64,000 nucleotides of DNA from Octopus sinensis. Lineage: Eukaryota. Positions within the stretch are counted from its first letter, which is position 1; each line of letters starts with the position of its first letter. Positions 26,112 to 37,993 of the stretch are shown in pieces. Location of the stretch: positions 144,088,001 to 144,152,000 of the forward strand of contig NC_042997.1 of the NCBI RefSeq assembly GCF_006345805.1, in the 5' to 3' direction. The position numbers and the translations under genes were made by a program. The notes under the pieces are model-generated. The model made no database searches. It was not told the DNA's origin and worked only from the letters and a program-made list of their open reading frames with translations.

Positions 26112-26112
26112 A
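25560..26112. repeat. (ATCT)n tracts with duplicated degenerate spacers (higher-order repeat)
   Basis: caaaccaatctatttatc...caacaaatct...tacctctctataaa recurs at about 25657 and 25840. Confidence 0.85.
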
Positions 26113-26741
26113 AAGCGTATCATAAACGGATATTGAGTGAAATGTATCAATAATGTAAAAACAATTTGAAGGAAATGTTGACTGACGGTATATATGAAAT
26201 GTTTAATAATAAATAATGAAGTATAACATAAAATATCAGACAAATTCCTGATTTATTGAAATTGTTTTCGCTTCCAGAGAAGGTAGAATAATCGTTTGGT
26301 GCTAACTCGGACCAACTCCAAATGAAAAAGGAACAATTTTAGGAGTCAAAAATTCTCCAAGTTTGAGAGGTCATCAAGGAAAAAAAATGTCTGATTACCA
26401 GGAAACAGGAAATCAGCGGTGCGCACGTGTTTCTACCACAATTGGCGTCATCAATACAGCAGTAGCTCCCGCCTTATCGCCAGCAGAATTAGATGCTTAG
26501 ACGTATGCAAAAAAAAAATTAAAATGCGGAGAGCTGATTTAGAGGTAAGCAGCACCAGCTGCTGCTGCTGCTGTGACCATATTTCGGTTGTTTTACAGTT
26601 ACCGGTAGTCGCTGTGACATAGTAGTATAAAGGGCATTATATTCGGTTTTCTCTTCTAGGTTCTGCTTTCAAATTCCTTTTGGTTCAACAAAATAAGTAC
26701 CGGTTGACGCTGATCCTGTCACGCATAACCTCTACAAACTT

Positions 26742-28360
26742 TACCAGGGTGGGCTGAAAAGTTCATTGGCATGATGCTACGGCTGTGAAATCTTGCATCC
26801 ATTAATTCTAAACTGACATCTGACAGTTCAAAGAAGACTTCATAAATAATTAGTAGCCACTTCTCTTGAAAATAGACAAAATTTGGCATCATGGTATTAT
26901 CAAGTACCTGCAAAAAAAGGGTTTAGCCCTCAAGGACATTCATGCTGACACGGTTGCTATAATTAGGGGATATAACGCTCGAGCTATATCAACAGTAAGT
27001 AGTTGAATTTAAGATAGTAAGGGTGGGTCTTGAAGGTTACCCAAGGTCTGGACGTCCTACAACTGCTACTACCGAGGAAAACATTGATCGTGTTCACCAC
27101 ATCATAATGGAGGACAGGCGAATGACCATAAATCAAATAGCCAATGCTATAAGCGTACCTTGAGGAGAGAGTTGAGAATATTCTACACAATGAGCTTGGC
27201 ATGACGAAGGTTTTTACTCGGTGGGTTCTGTATCTGCCACTTGATCAAAATCGCACCAGGCTGATTACAACATGGAAAAATATGACATTGTTTGAGGCAA
27301 ATTTACCTGGCTTCCTTGAACGTTTCCGCGCCCAGGATGAGTGTTGAGTTGATCATTTTGAGCCAGAGACAAAAAGACAATCCATGCTGTGGAAACACAT
27401 TCTCCTCACTTGCTCCAAATAAGGCCAAGGTCATTTTATCCGCAGGGAAGGTGATGGCCTCAATTTCTGAGGATGCAAAAGGTATTGTGCTTATTGTCTA
27501 TAGTCGAAAGTGTCACACCATCAATGGAGAGTACTATGCCAACTTGCTAAAGTAGTTACGTAAGACTATCATGACTAAACGCTTAAGAAAACTGACGAAA
27601 GTGGTTTTGTTTCATCAGGACAATGCTCCAGCACACAAGTCCTTCATTTCAGTGGCTGCTGTGGCTTTGAACTGGTTGACCACTCTCCCTATTCTCCTAT
27701 CATCTCTTTTACTCTTTTACTCTTTTACTTGTTTCAGTCATTTGACTGTTGCCATGCTGGAGCACTGCCTTTAGTCGAGCAAATCGACCACAGGACTTAT
27801 TCTTTGTAAGCCTAGTACTTATTCTATCGGGCTCTTTTGCCGAACCGCTAAATTATGGGGACGTAAACACACCAGCATCGGTTGTCAAGCGATGTTGGGG
27901 GGACAAACACAGACACACATATATATATATACATACATATATACGACGAGTTTCTTTCAGTTTCCGTTTACCAAATCCACTCACAAGGCTTTGGTCTGCC
28001 CGAAGCTATAGTAGAAGACACTTGCCCAAGGTGCCACGCGGTGGGACTGAACCCGGAACCATGTGGCTGGTAAACAAGCTACTTACCCCACAGTCACTCC
28101 TACGCCTACGCCTACATGTTTACCAACATGAATAAGACACTTGATTGGGAACCAGTATCGCATTGATGATGATGTCATGTATGCTTGTTGATGCCTTTCC
28201 CGAGCAACAAGATGAAAGCCTTTGCATCAATGGGATACAAGCACTGCAACAACTATGGAAGTAATGTATGAACCGCAAGGGAGTCCCTTTCGAAAAATAA
28301 GCTTTATTAGGTCACATTCGAGGAGAGTATGTTGGTCAGCCTAAGAATTTTTCATGGATT
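26742..28360 (+). mobile_element. Mariner (DD34D-type) transposon, degraded, interrupted by SINE B
   Basis: Left TIR TA-ccagggtgggctgaaaagttc, RSGRPTTAT, EPETKRQSM, AGKVMAS, TINGEYYANLL, LFHQDNAPAH; resumes after 28110 with LFPNM..NGIQALQQ.WK; degenerate right TIR at about 28339-28354. Confidence 0.88.
27705..28110 (-). mobile_element. SINE family B inside the mariner
   Basis: Complete head and (AGTAAAAG)n tail on the minus strand. Confidence 0.92.
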
Positions 28361-28870
28361 AGTTCTGTGTATTTGATGAAAGAAATCTATTATACTATAA
28401 TACTCAGATTGTTTTCCATAAAAAAAAAATGATTAAAAACAAACTTCCTAACGTCATCCTACGACAAAGCCACTGTTTCAAAGACCTCATGTAGAGAGTT
28501 CGGTGGGAGTCGCCCCTTTATGCTCGAAGTTGACTGAGTGCAGTCTTTAAATAGTAACCCAGTTTTAATACACTGTAATAATTAAGAGATTTAGATAAAC
28601 AAAACTGATTCCAGCTGCTAAGGAGAAAACTGAACTAATTTATTTGGCTGTGGTACTCGTTTAACAATTGACTTGGTTTCAGATAGACCGCTGAAACTGT
28701 AGTCACTGTATCATAGGAAACCCATTCTCGCAATTTAATAAATTCACAAGTGTTACAGATGAAATAATTCGTTTTTTTTTTGTTGTTTTTTTTTTCTGCT
28801 TCACACTCACACGATCGTCATACTCGTATGTCTAAAAAGAGGTAAAATCTATTCAAATTTTTTAAAAAAT

Positions 28871-29835
28871 AGGTGCAGGCGTGGCTGTATCCTAAGAAAT
28901 TTTGCTTCCCAACCACATAATTCCAGGTTCAGTCCCACAACGTAGCACCTTTGGCAAATGCATATTGCTACAAGTTGACCAAAGCCTTGCGAGTAGATTT
29001 GGTAGACGGAAACTAAAAAGACTGTTGTGTGTGTGTGTGTGTACCTTTGTGTCTGTGTTTGTCCCCCACCACCTCTTGATAACTGGGGGTTGGCGTGTTT
29101 ACGTCCCCGTAAATTAGTGATTCGGCAAATGATATCGAATAAGGGATTTGAAAAATGATTTTTTGTAACTAAGCACTTTCAAACTTCGGACACTGGTAGA
29201 ATGTGTCATATAAAACATCTTTTACTCTTAGCATTTTTGAGAAAAGCTTATATTTACGAAGTTATTTCACGTTAAACTTCTCGTATTTCGGTAATTTCAA
29301 CCAATCAATGACGTATATTCAGCTGAATAAAATTACTGCTGTTGTTTGTCAACAAGAACTTTCGGAGGTGTATATTTCGTTTGTCACTGTTATTTATGAT
29401 AACACTAACCCTAAAACCCTAACCCTAACCCTAAAACCTTAAAATCAGTACAAAGGCACGAACGATGTCATAAATAACAGTGACAAACGCCGATAGTTGT
29501 TGTTGACAAACAACGGCAGTAATTTTATTCAGCTGAATACACGTCATTGATTGGTTGAAATTACCGAAATACGAGAAGTTTAACGTGAAATAACTTCGTA
29601 AATATAAGTTTTTTTCTCAAAAATGCTAAGAGTAAAAGATGTTTTATATGACACATTCTACTTTCGAAGTTTGAAAGTGTTTAGATACAAAAAATTATTT
29701 TTTAAATCTGTAGATCAAAAGGTAAAGATCCCGAATAAGTACTAGGCTTTAAAAAAAAAACTGAGGTCTATTCGTTTGACAAAAAATCCTTCGAGGTGGT
29801 GCTCCATCATGGCCGCAATCTAATGACTGAAACAA
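28871..29835 (+). mobile_element. SINE family B split by a foldback element
   Basis: SINE sequence stops at cgaataag (29143) and resumes at cgaataagtactagg (29732). Confidence 0.85.
29144..29731. mobile_element. Foldback MITE with about 250-bp TIRs, GG..CC termini, 8-bp TSD and a central CCCTAA-like tract
   Basis: 29144-about 29400 is the reverse complement of about 29465-29731; TSD CGAATAAG at 29136-29143 and 29732-29739; ctaaccctaaaaccctaaccctaaccctaa at about 29405-29440. Confidence 0.9.
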
Positions 29836-29964
29836 GCAAGAACAGGGCTACACAAATCCATAAATCACTGATGAAAAATATCTTTCGTGTTAATTCGAAT
29901 AACACTGGAAAGGATTAAAATAAAATGGAAAACAAGGGGAATGAAAAACGAACGAATTTATCTG

Positions 29965-30152
29965 GCAACCCAATTAGCGGCATTTCGTCCGTCCGTTCCG
30001 AGTTGAAATACCACCGAAGTTAACTTTGCTTATCATCCTTTTGGTGTCGATAGAATATGTACCAGTTCAGCACTGACGTCGATGTAATCAACTTATCCCC
30101 CCCACCCCGTTCACCCCTAAAATTGCTGGTCTTGTGCCAAAATTTGAAACTG
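29965..30152 (+). mobile_element. SINE family A
   Basis: ttagcggcatttcgtccgtc..gagttgaaatacc..gatgtaatcaactt. Confidence 0.78.
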
Positions 30153-30257
30153 ATATGAGTGGAATGCTCATTTTTAGGATAAGAATTCTATGATCCTATG
30201 TTCTTTCTTAGTTATTCTTTCAATAATAGAATAATTATTCCTGAACTTAGATAATAT

Positions 30258-30575
30258 ATGGCTGGAAATTTGACCAACGATGAACGAAAGTGGATCATAA
30301 AGCAGTTCTAGAAAACAGAGAATGCAGAAATGGACCGAAGAATTTCAAAGACCAGCTCCGTCAAGATAAACAGTTTACAGAATATGTAACAAATCTAAGA
30401 AAACTGGGTCCATTTGCAAAGCACAGAAAAATGGTCGATCAATCAGTGTTACTATTAAACAACATAAAATGCTTGTGGTTCAAACATTCACTCAAAGTTC
30501 CCAGAAATCAAAAAAGAGGGCTTCCAATGAACTAGGCATCTCCTGCAGGTCCTTTAGTCGACTTATCAATCGCTT
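30258..30575 (+). mobile_element. Tc1/mariner-superfamily transposase N-terminal (HTH) remnant
   Basis: MAGNLTNDERKWIIKQF*KTENAE and GRSISVT..LVVQTFTQSSQKS.KRASNELGIS across frameshifts. Confidence 0.6.
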
Positions 30576-30834
30576 AGAAATAGAGAAATGAAAAGAACAT
30601 TACACCTATATTAAGTAACAGTATACCTACTTTCACCAACACCTATAATGAGGTGTCAAAATCTGATGAAATAATTTATGGCTTTACCAGTTTTTGTGTG
30701 TTACTAAATGTCGATAATGGTTCTCCTACGATGTAATTGCAAACTAATTAGTGCACTTAATTTAATAATTATATTTAAATGTACTATTTAGTTTTCCAGA
30801 CGGTCTTCACGTTTTAATATCTCAGTAAATTATT

Positions 30835-31205
30835 TAAAGTGACGAGCTCATTGAATCATTAGCGCGCTTGACAATACTTTAGAGGTATTTCCTCCGTCTT
30901 CATATTCTGAGTTCAAATTCCGCCGAGGTCGACTTTGCCTTTCATCCTTTCAGAATTGATAAATTAAGTACCTATTGCGTACTGGGGTCGATCTAATCGA
31001 CTAGCTCCTTCCCCTAAAATCTCGGGCCTTGTGCCTAGCGTAGAAAAAAATATCGGTGAAATATAAAGCGACAAGCTGGTAGAATCGTTAGCAGGCTGGG
31101 CTATGCGCCCGTCTTCACGTTCTGAGTTCAAATCCCGCTGAGGTCGACTTTGTCTTTTACCTTTCCGGGGTCGATAAATGAAGTACCTGTTGAACAACTG
31201 GTTGA
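30835..31205 (+). mobile_element. Two tandem SINE family A copies (about 30835-31050 and 31065-31205)
   Basis: Two heads with gagttcaaat B boxes. Confidence 0.88.
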
Positions 31206-31209
31206 TGTT

Positions 31210-33470
31210 CCCGGTCTTACATCAAGACCTTGAAGATCCGTCGCTATTTGCCTATGTCCACAATGGAGCATTCGGAAATTCTAGTCTGTATGGATCTACC
31301 AGCTCAAAACGTCTTAGTAGATCCTGGAAGCAAGCATTACTTTTATTAACACACGAGCCAACATAATCTACACGTGCATCGCAGATTGTTTTATAGTCTC
31401 CTAGCACAACTAAGGGATGTGATATACCAAGAAACTTCTCTAGGTTCTGATAATACTCAGTTTGCCTCGTATCTTGAGGTGCATAAATTGCAACCAGTCT
31501 GAGTCTTACAACGGCTGAACATTAAGTCAATGACGACCAGCCTACCTTCTGGATCTGCAAAAATCAACTTTTTCTCAGAAACTCGGTTTCTTTTTGACAG
31601 GACTAACACCCGGCTCCCACTATGAGGACAGCACCGGGAGATGAAACTCTCGTAACCGTCAAACAGCGGGAGCAGATCTCTAGGTCTCTTCAACCGGGTT
31701 TGTGTAGCAACAACATCTAAATTCCGTGACCTGACGTCATTTAGGAGACGTCCTTGTTTCCAACTAGACGTCAGGCCATGCACATTTATACATCCAAAGT
31801 GAATACTTGACATGGACTTACCTTAGTCAGTGGTACTCTCTTTTTCACTGGTTCGTGAGGTGATATTCCGATATAGGTCCTCGTACATCGACTTGTTAAA
31901 ATCAAGTCTTGGAGGACCCATGTCAGTTGGGTGGTAGTTTTTTAAGATGTTATAGTTCATTTTATCTGTTTTATAAATGGCAATATTTTCTGGAGTTTTA
32001 TGGTGATGATTGTAAATTGACGCCGTTGGTATTTGCTTTAACCTTTTTTAATTGTTCGTTATTGTTTATTGCAGTCAATATTTCCTTATATTCGTTAGTT
32101 TTTCTTGGACTTGATATCGGGGACTGATTGCCTGGGCTTAGCAGGTGGGGGTGATGTATGGGAGAGGGGGGAAATCCGAACTAGAGGGGCAAAGGAGGAC
32201 TCATCGCCGAAGGGGGAATAGGATGGGAAGGAATCTGATATTATTGACATTTGAGGGGAATAGTGGTGGGGTGGGGTAATTTTTCTTTGAGTGTCCTGAG
32301 TTTTTCTTTTGGTGGTTGTAGGGTTGGGCTGGTTGTCGTTATTATTTTTCCTTTTTTTTTGGTTCTTACAACCGACTAGCCGTCTTTTTCTCCGGCTTGT
32401 TGAACACCATCAGTGCTGGGGTTCTACTGGTCGGTCTTTTGGTTTTGTTCTTTTTTCCCCTCTTCTTTCTCCTTGCGGGTGGAGCAGTTTATCCGAATCT
32501 GGCCTTTTTCGCCCTCCACCATTACCCGCAAGGTGGTTTCTTCTCCGATGTGGATGTTCTCAGAAATTTCTTCTAATGCCTGGTGGGGTGGGGGGCACTT
32601 GGATTATGATCTTAACCCTTGGCCCCGCCAGTTCTGTTGTATTCTGGAAGCTTCAATCATCTTGATTTTATCCTCAAGCCCCATTAGGAGATAATCCAGA
32701 TGACATTTATTTCTGGTGGGATTTCCTCAATAACTATTTTGGATGTTCTCCTACTCATATACGTTGGCAAAAAATGACTTCGTTAGATTTTATCGGTTGG
32801 AGCGAGTGTTTTATAGCCTTTTCCTCATTTTTGAAGTACACCACTACTGTGGCGTATCTTCTCCCTCTCGTCAAGAACTCGACGTCTTGCCAGATGGGTT
32901 GCAGACACTTCTCGATTTGTTCTTTGGATGCCTTGTCTATTTTCTTGTCTTTTATTATCATTGTCTTATATGTTATTATTTTTCTATTTGTTTCTTCGAT
33001 TATTTCGTTAGGAGGGTGGCTTTAACATCAAAACCTTCCCTTTCGAACATACCTCTGTATTGTCGCAGTGAATCTAGCTCTATGTTCAATTTATCTTTTC
33101 TCACACCGGCTGCGGTGGCAAAATTAACCTGCTTTTGTTTGTCTCCTGTTGAGTTTACTTTTCCGTTATTCATTTTATCGTTTTCAGCATTTATTTTTCC
33201 TTCTTGGTTCCTTTTTCCGTTTACTGCATTTATGTGGTTTTCGTTCACCTTTTCGTTCATTTTGTCTTATTTTACAGTTGCTCTTTGGTTAGCTTGGTCA
33301 GGGTTAGAAGACTTGTCCTCCGAATTCATTTTCACAAATATAATATTTTCCAAAATATATTTTCCCAAAATTATTTCATTATTTTCATTATTATTATTTC
33401 ATTATTTTTCCCTCCGTAAGGAGAGCAACAACAGTCCATTACGTCTGTTAAAATAGAACGTAGAACAATA
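31210..33470 (-). mobile_element. Tx1-like LINE 5' half: 5' UTR, ORF1 and APE endonuclease start; degraded, 3' part missing
   Basis: ORF1 from ATG at about 33329 (MNSEDKSS..FLTRGRRYATVVVYF); ORF2 IHFGCINVHGL, VVATQTRL, ADPEGRLVVID, AIYAPQ, VLGDYK, PLWT*ANSDGSSRS. Confidence 0.85.
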
Positions 33471-33484
33471 AGAAAAGTTCAAAA

Positions 33485-33878
33485 TCTCTATATAATATAT
33501 AAAGCTGAAGTTGTCTGTGTATGTCAGGTTTGGTAGCCCTCAATTAACATTATCTCCTCTGAGACCCTGCGGCGCAAGTTGACAAAAATTGAGAGTATGA
33601 TAGAAGAAGGCTTGCTCTTCGTTCCGTAGAAGAAAAATTTCAAATCGGACTATGTTAACACCATAAATTATTTACATCAAAAAGGTGCTTTTGTCTATGA
33701 AAATCCCTATTTTTAAAGAATTTTTGACTACTGTGTCGCTATTTTTCGGCATATTTCAACCAGAAAAAATGTTCACTCAAAGAGAATAACAAGCTACATA
33801 ATGCAAAATTTTTACTTTTCAAAAATTCCAATTCTAAAGGGTCGAAACAAACCCGAGCAACGCCGGCGATACTGCTAG
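33485..33878 (+). mobile_element. Non-autonomous Helitron
   Basis: A|TCtctatataatatataaagctgaag start; subterminal GC-rich ccgagcaacgccgg hairpin-like motif; CTAG|T end, no TSD. Confidence 0.82.
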
Positions 33879-34244
33879 TTTAACAATAAATAGCAACAAT
33901 ATCAATAAATAATAAGAATTTCTTATATCAATAAATAATAAGAAATTCTCGCAAAGACAAATTCACCGCAGCGTGCTAAAGATTCTTCCAGTTTGCTGCC
34001 TTAGATGCGGAAATCAATATTAACTCTTTTAAATACTGGAGTTGTGATTAAGCGATTAATGAGATTATCATACCATTTTTAAAACGTATAAAAATTCAAT
34101 TATAAGATATAATTTTCACTATTTTCTTGCAGCTTGAGTGACATGATCAAATGTTAATTAGCGAGCCCAAAGGGTTAAGTATTACACAATCGCAATTTCA
34201 AAGAAATTCTTTAAACAATCACGCATACCACACATAGGAGTTCT

Positions 34245-34307
<63 letters not shown>

Positions 34308-34409
34308 TCTTTCTTTCTTCTTGTCTTTTCCCTTTTTTACGAAAATTAGTGGCAACGGTTTGATGAATTATTTCCATCAGCAAATAGAAGTGAGCTGACA
34401 GAATCAATT

Positions 34410-34630
34410 GAACGTCGGAAAAATACTTTGCCGTATTTATTCCCAGTCATTACATTCCGAGTTCAAATCCTGCCAATATCAAGGTCAAGTTTGGCTTTCA
34501 TCATTTCGGAGTCAATTAAATAAGTATCAGTTATGCACTGGGGTCGATGTAATCGACTTAATCCCTTTGTCTGTCCTTGTTTGTCCCCCTTTATGTTTAT
34601 CCATCCTGCTGGCAATAAAGAAATAAATAC
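34410..34630 (+). mobile_element. SINE family A
   Basis: ccgagttcaaatcc, gcactggggtcgatgtaatcgactt. Confidence 0.8.
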
Positions 34631-34654
34631 ATCTTTCACCTGCACCCGCGTGCG

Positions 34655-34894
34655 TGCATCTTCTACTTGTTTCACTTATTTGACTGCGGCCATCCTGGAG
34701 CACCATTTTGAATAGTTTTAGTTGAACAAATCAACTCAAGAACTTATTTTTTAAAGCCTGTAACTACTCTGTCGATCTCTTTTGCCGAACCGCTATTTTA
34801 CGGGGACGTAAACATACCAATACCTATTGTCAAGCGTTGGTGGAGGGCAGACACAGATATATACATACATACATACATACATACATACATACAT

Positions 34895-34974
<80 letters not shown>

Positions 34975-35097
34975 TATACGACGGGCTTTTAGTTTCTGTT
35001 TATCAAATCCACTAACAACGGCCTGGTGTTATAGTAGTCAAACTGAAATACGAACCATGCTGTTGGGAAGCAAGTTTCTAACCACAAAGCCACGCCA
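34655..35097 (-). mobile_element. SINE family B
   Basis: Body and tail match other copies; internal (ACAT)/(TA) tract. Confidence 0.8.
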
Positions 35098-35151
35098 TAA
35101 TATTATATTCATACACACATATGAATATCGTATGTGTAGTGTGTGCATGTG

Positions 35152-35182
<31 letters not shown>

Positions 35183-35490
35183 TGTGTGTGTGTGTGTGTA
35201 CACGTATATAACATTAATCGCTCTCCGTCAGTTACGACGAAGAGTGTTGCCGTTGATCCGATCAATGGAACGGCCTACATGTACCCTTAACCGAAACAGG
35301 GACACAACGTGACACAGGACGTGACAAAGCAGATCCTTTGAATTACAGGTACAAGTCATTTTTGCCAGCTGAATGGACTGAAACAACGTGAAATGAAGCA
35401 TCTTGCTGAAGGATACAATCACAAACTTACACCAGGAGCCTAATACCCTGGCCAATATGTTATCTATCTATGTGTGTGTGTGTCTCTGTC

Positions 35491-35557
<67 letters not shown>

Positions 35558-35574
35558 CTATATATATATATATT

Positions 35575-37020
35575 GGTAAAACGGTAAGATGATAAAAGAA
35601 AGAAAGAGACCTCAATATTATGTAAATAGAGGAAATTTATCTATAAAATAATATGTTACATTACTCGATAGTCAAGATAAAACTCTGAGTTTCAGATGCC
35701 GAAGTGGGAATCCACAACGCCATCCCTTCGGTTATCTGGCTATTTGAAAACGCTATGAAAAAATACCGTTATACAAAGGGAAATTACTGTGTTATAACTC
35801 TGCTTGCCTGCGTACTTATACATCGCTATGTAAACGTACACATCTTCACTCGCATTTTTCGCCATAAAAAATTATATAAAAATACATAAAAAAATATATA
35901 AAAAATATATAAAAAATATACATAAAATATATATAAAAAAATATATGATATGAGGTATGATGAGGTAAAAAAAACCTTCTTGGGACATAACATAGAAAGC
36001 ATGTTCTATCTGTTTTCTTTAGGGGACCAAAAACGTAACAGAAATTTAGTCACATGTTGGCATGATCTGAAAAGTTCTGTCCTTGAGTTTAGACATGTAG
36101 TAGGGTCTAAGCTGCTTTTCCAGATAAGCCATCTCTCCATGTCGCATAGACCGCACCTTCCGCTGCCGTTGGTATAGGGCTTACCTTTGGCCAAAATCTT
36201 CTAATGTCTGTTATAATCGACACCTTTATCTCTTAAAGACCAAATATGATTAGATAATTGTGTCGCTTTTCTTTTGTTCCAGTGCCTAAAGCTCAAAGTG
36301 TGGTTATTGAACCTGGCCTTGAAATTACCCTCTGTAAGGCCCACGTATTTCTTCGTCGAAACGGTGTCTTTAGTGGTTATAGAGTCTACGGTAGCTTCAT
36401 ATATGATGGTCTTGGACATGCAAGCTCCATTTAGCGGACACAATTCTTTATTCCTGCATGAACAGCTGTTTTCTTGTTGTGTTTTTTGTATGTTATGTTT
36501 GATTATGTTTTTAAAATTGGTAGTGGAACTAAAATTAATTTTTAAATTGTGTCTATTGAAGAGTTTCCTATAAGTATGGTTAACTGGAAAATGTCTATCT
36601 ATCAGTGCTAGGAAATATTTACCTATATTGAAGGCCACCTCGGGTGAGTAAGGGGGTGTAAACCAGATGACGTTCCTATTTCTATTATTCCTTTTCCTTA
36701 CTGTTGGGCTAGTAACGGGTGTATATTTTATTTTTTCGCTAAAACCACTATCTTTTAAAGCCTTATTATAAACTGGGGCAACGCTATTAAAAATGTCCTT
36801 ATCAGAGGAGAGGCTAGAAATCCTCTTATTAATATTTTTAACTAAATTTTTGAATACTATAGGGGGATGGCATGAACCTACATTAATATAACTTAGTCTA
36901 TCATTGAGCTTCCTATAAGGCTTATAAATATTCTTATTAAGATCTAAGGAAACGTCTAAGAAATTGACAACCGTCAGGTTAGTATCTATAGTTATACTAA
37001 GTCCGAAGTATTTCATTATA
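35575..37020 (-). mobile_element. Naiad-type Penelope-like element, 5'-truncated: RT thumb plus GIY-YIG endonuclease plus pLTR
   Basis: VNFLDVSLDL, WFTPPYS, CSCRNKELCPLNGAC, IIYEATV..YVGLTEG.FKARFNNH, CGLC.MER, LNSRTELFRSCQH; one TAG (expected TGG) at 36201-36203, with the frame continuing to 36006. Confidence 0.92.
35676..35736 (-). ncRNA. Hammerhead-like motif in the pLTR of the Naiad element
   Basis: Stem I GATAA/TTATC, core CCGAAGG, stem II GATG/CATC with inner GTGG/CCAC hairpin, GAAA, stem III ACTC-A-GAGT; A9 is G and there is one extra U. Confidence 0.55.
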
Positions 37021-37254
37021 TATATATATATGAGACAAGTGAAAGTATGAAAAGAATGAACTTGAAACCAGAGATCTGATCTAATTCTAAACGCTTGAAC
37101 TTTTGCTAAGGGCACCCAAAGACCAAATGGTTGTGTTAAACAGGATGGCGGCTAAATTCTGTCCCACTAGAATACAGAACACAAAGAGCCGAATTAAATA
37201 TCACAAGACATGTTGTCCGACACAAACAATTCTCCCAATCTGCCGCTTTGAACT

Positions 37255-37345
37255 GATACTTTATTCTTTCGACCCTGAAAGGTGAAAGGATAGATTGGCC
37301 TTAGCAGGATTCGAACCCAGCACATAGAGAACCGAAGCAAAATCT
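37255..37345 (-). mobile_element. SINE family A fragment
   Basis: ttcgaccctgaaagg..ggattcgaacccag. Confidence 0.55.
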
Positions 37346-37941
37346 TTAAGGTCATTTAACCTATATTCTGCCAAATCAGTTAACTTTCAGCCCTTTAATT
37401 TCAGTTTCCGCGCGTGAAAAATCACGCTGTTCGTTAGGTCGCATTTATGGAATATAATAAAAAATAAATAAATAAAAAGCAACATTAACGGCAAATATCA
37501 CGAGTCACCTTTTCATCTCTCATTACAATCTCGTATCATAGCTCTTTAAACCGAAGGCAAGGGGATCTCTTGGGATCACGGAGGGAAATAATCCTCATCT
37601 GAAAATTGCATTTGGGGACAGGGATGTTACACAAAAAGCCGCAAATTCATAGTACGTTTTGAATGGTAAAACGGATATAGGGAATGTAAAAGTGAGTGGA
37701 AAAATGTTATTACAGAGTACTCTTCTGTGATCAATGCTTGTAAATACGCTCTCGATTCATAGATTAGAATGTTTATTGGCATGTTCAGTGTGCTGCTGTT
37801 AGTATTTGGTCCAGTTGGTTAATTTAAATTTGTACTCCGCTTTAAAGTATTCATTACTCTTTCTTTCATTCACTTGCTGTATTGCCGTGCACATACATAC
37901 ATGTAACATATCTGTATAAACATACGCACACAAACCTGACA

Positions 37942-37993
<52 letters not shown>

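Noticed and set aside
29405-29440. True telomere or chromosome-fusion scar
   Set aside because: Only a few imperfect CCCTAA units, inside a TSD-flanked MITE
36006-36480. Possible selenoprotein-type Naiad (in-frame stop read-through)
   Set aside because: The in-frame stop is TAG at a conserved Trp position, not TGA; all finger cysteines are TGT or TGC; no SECIS recognised
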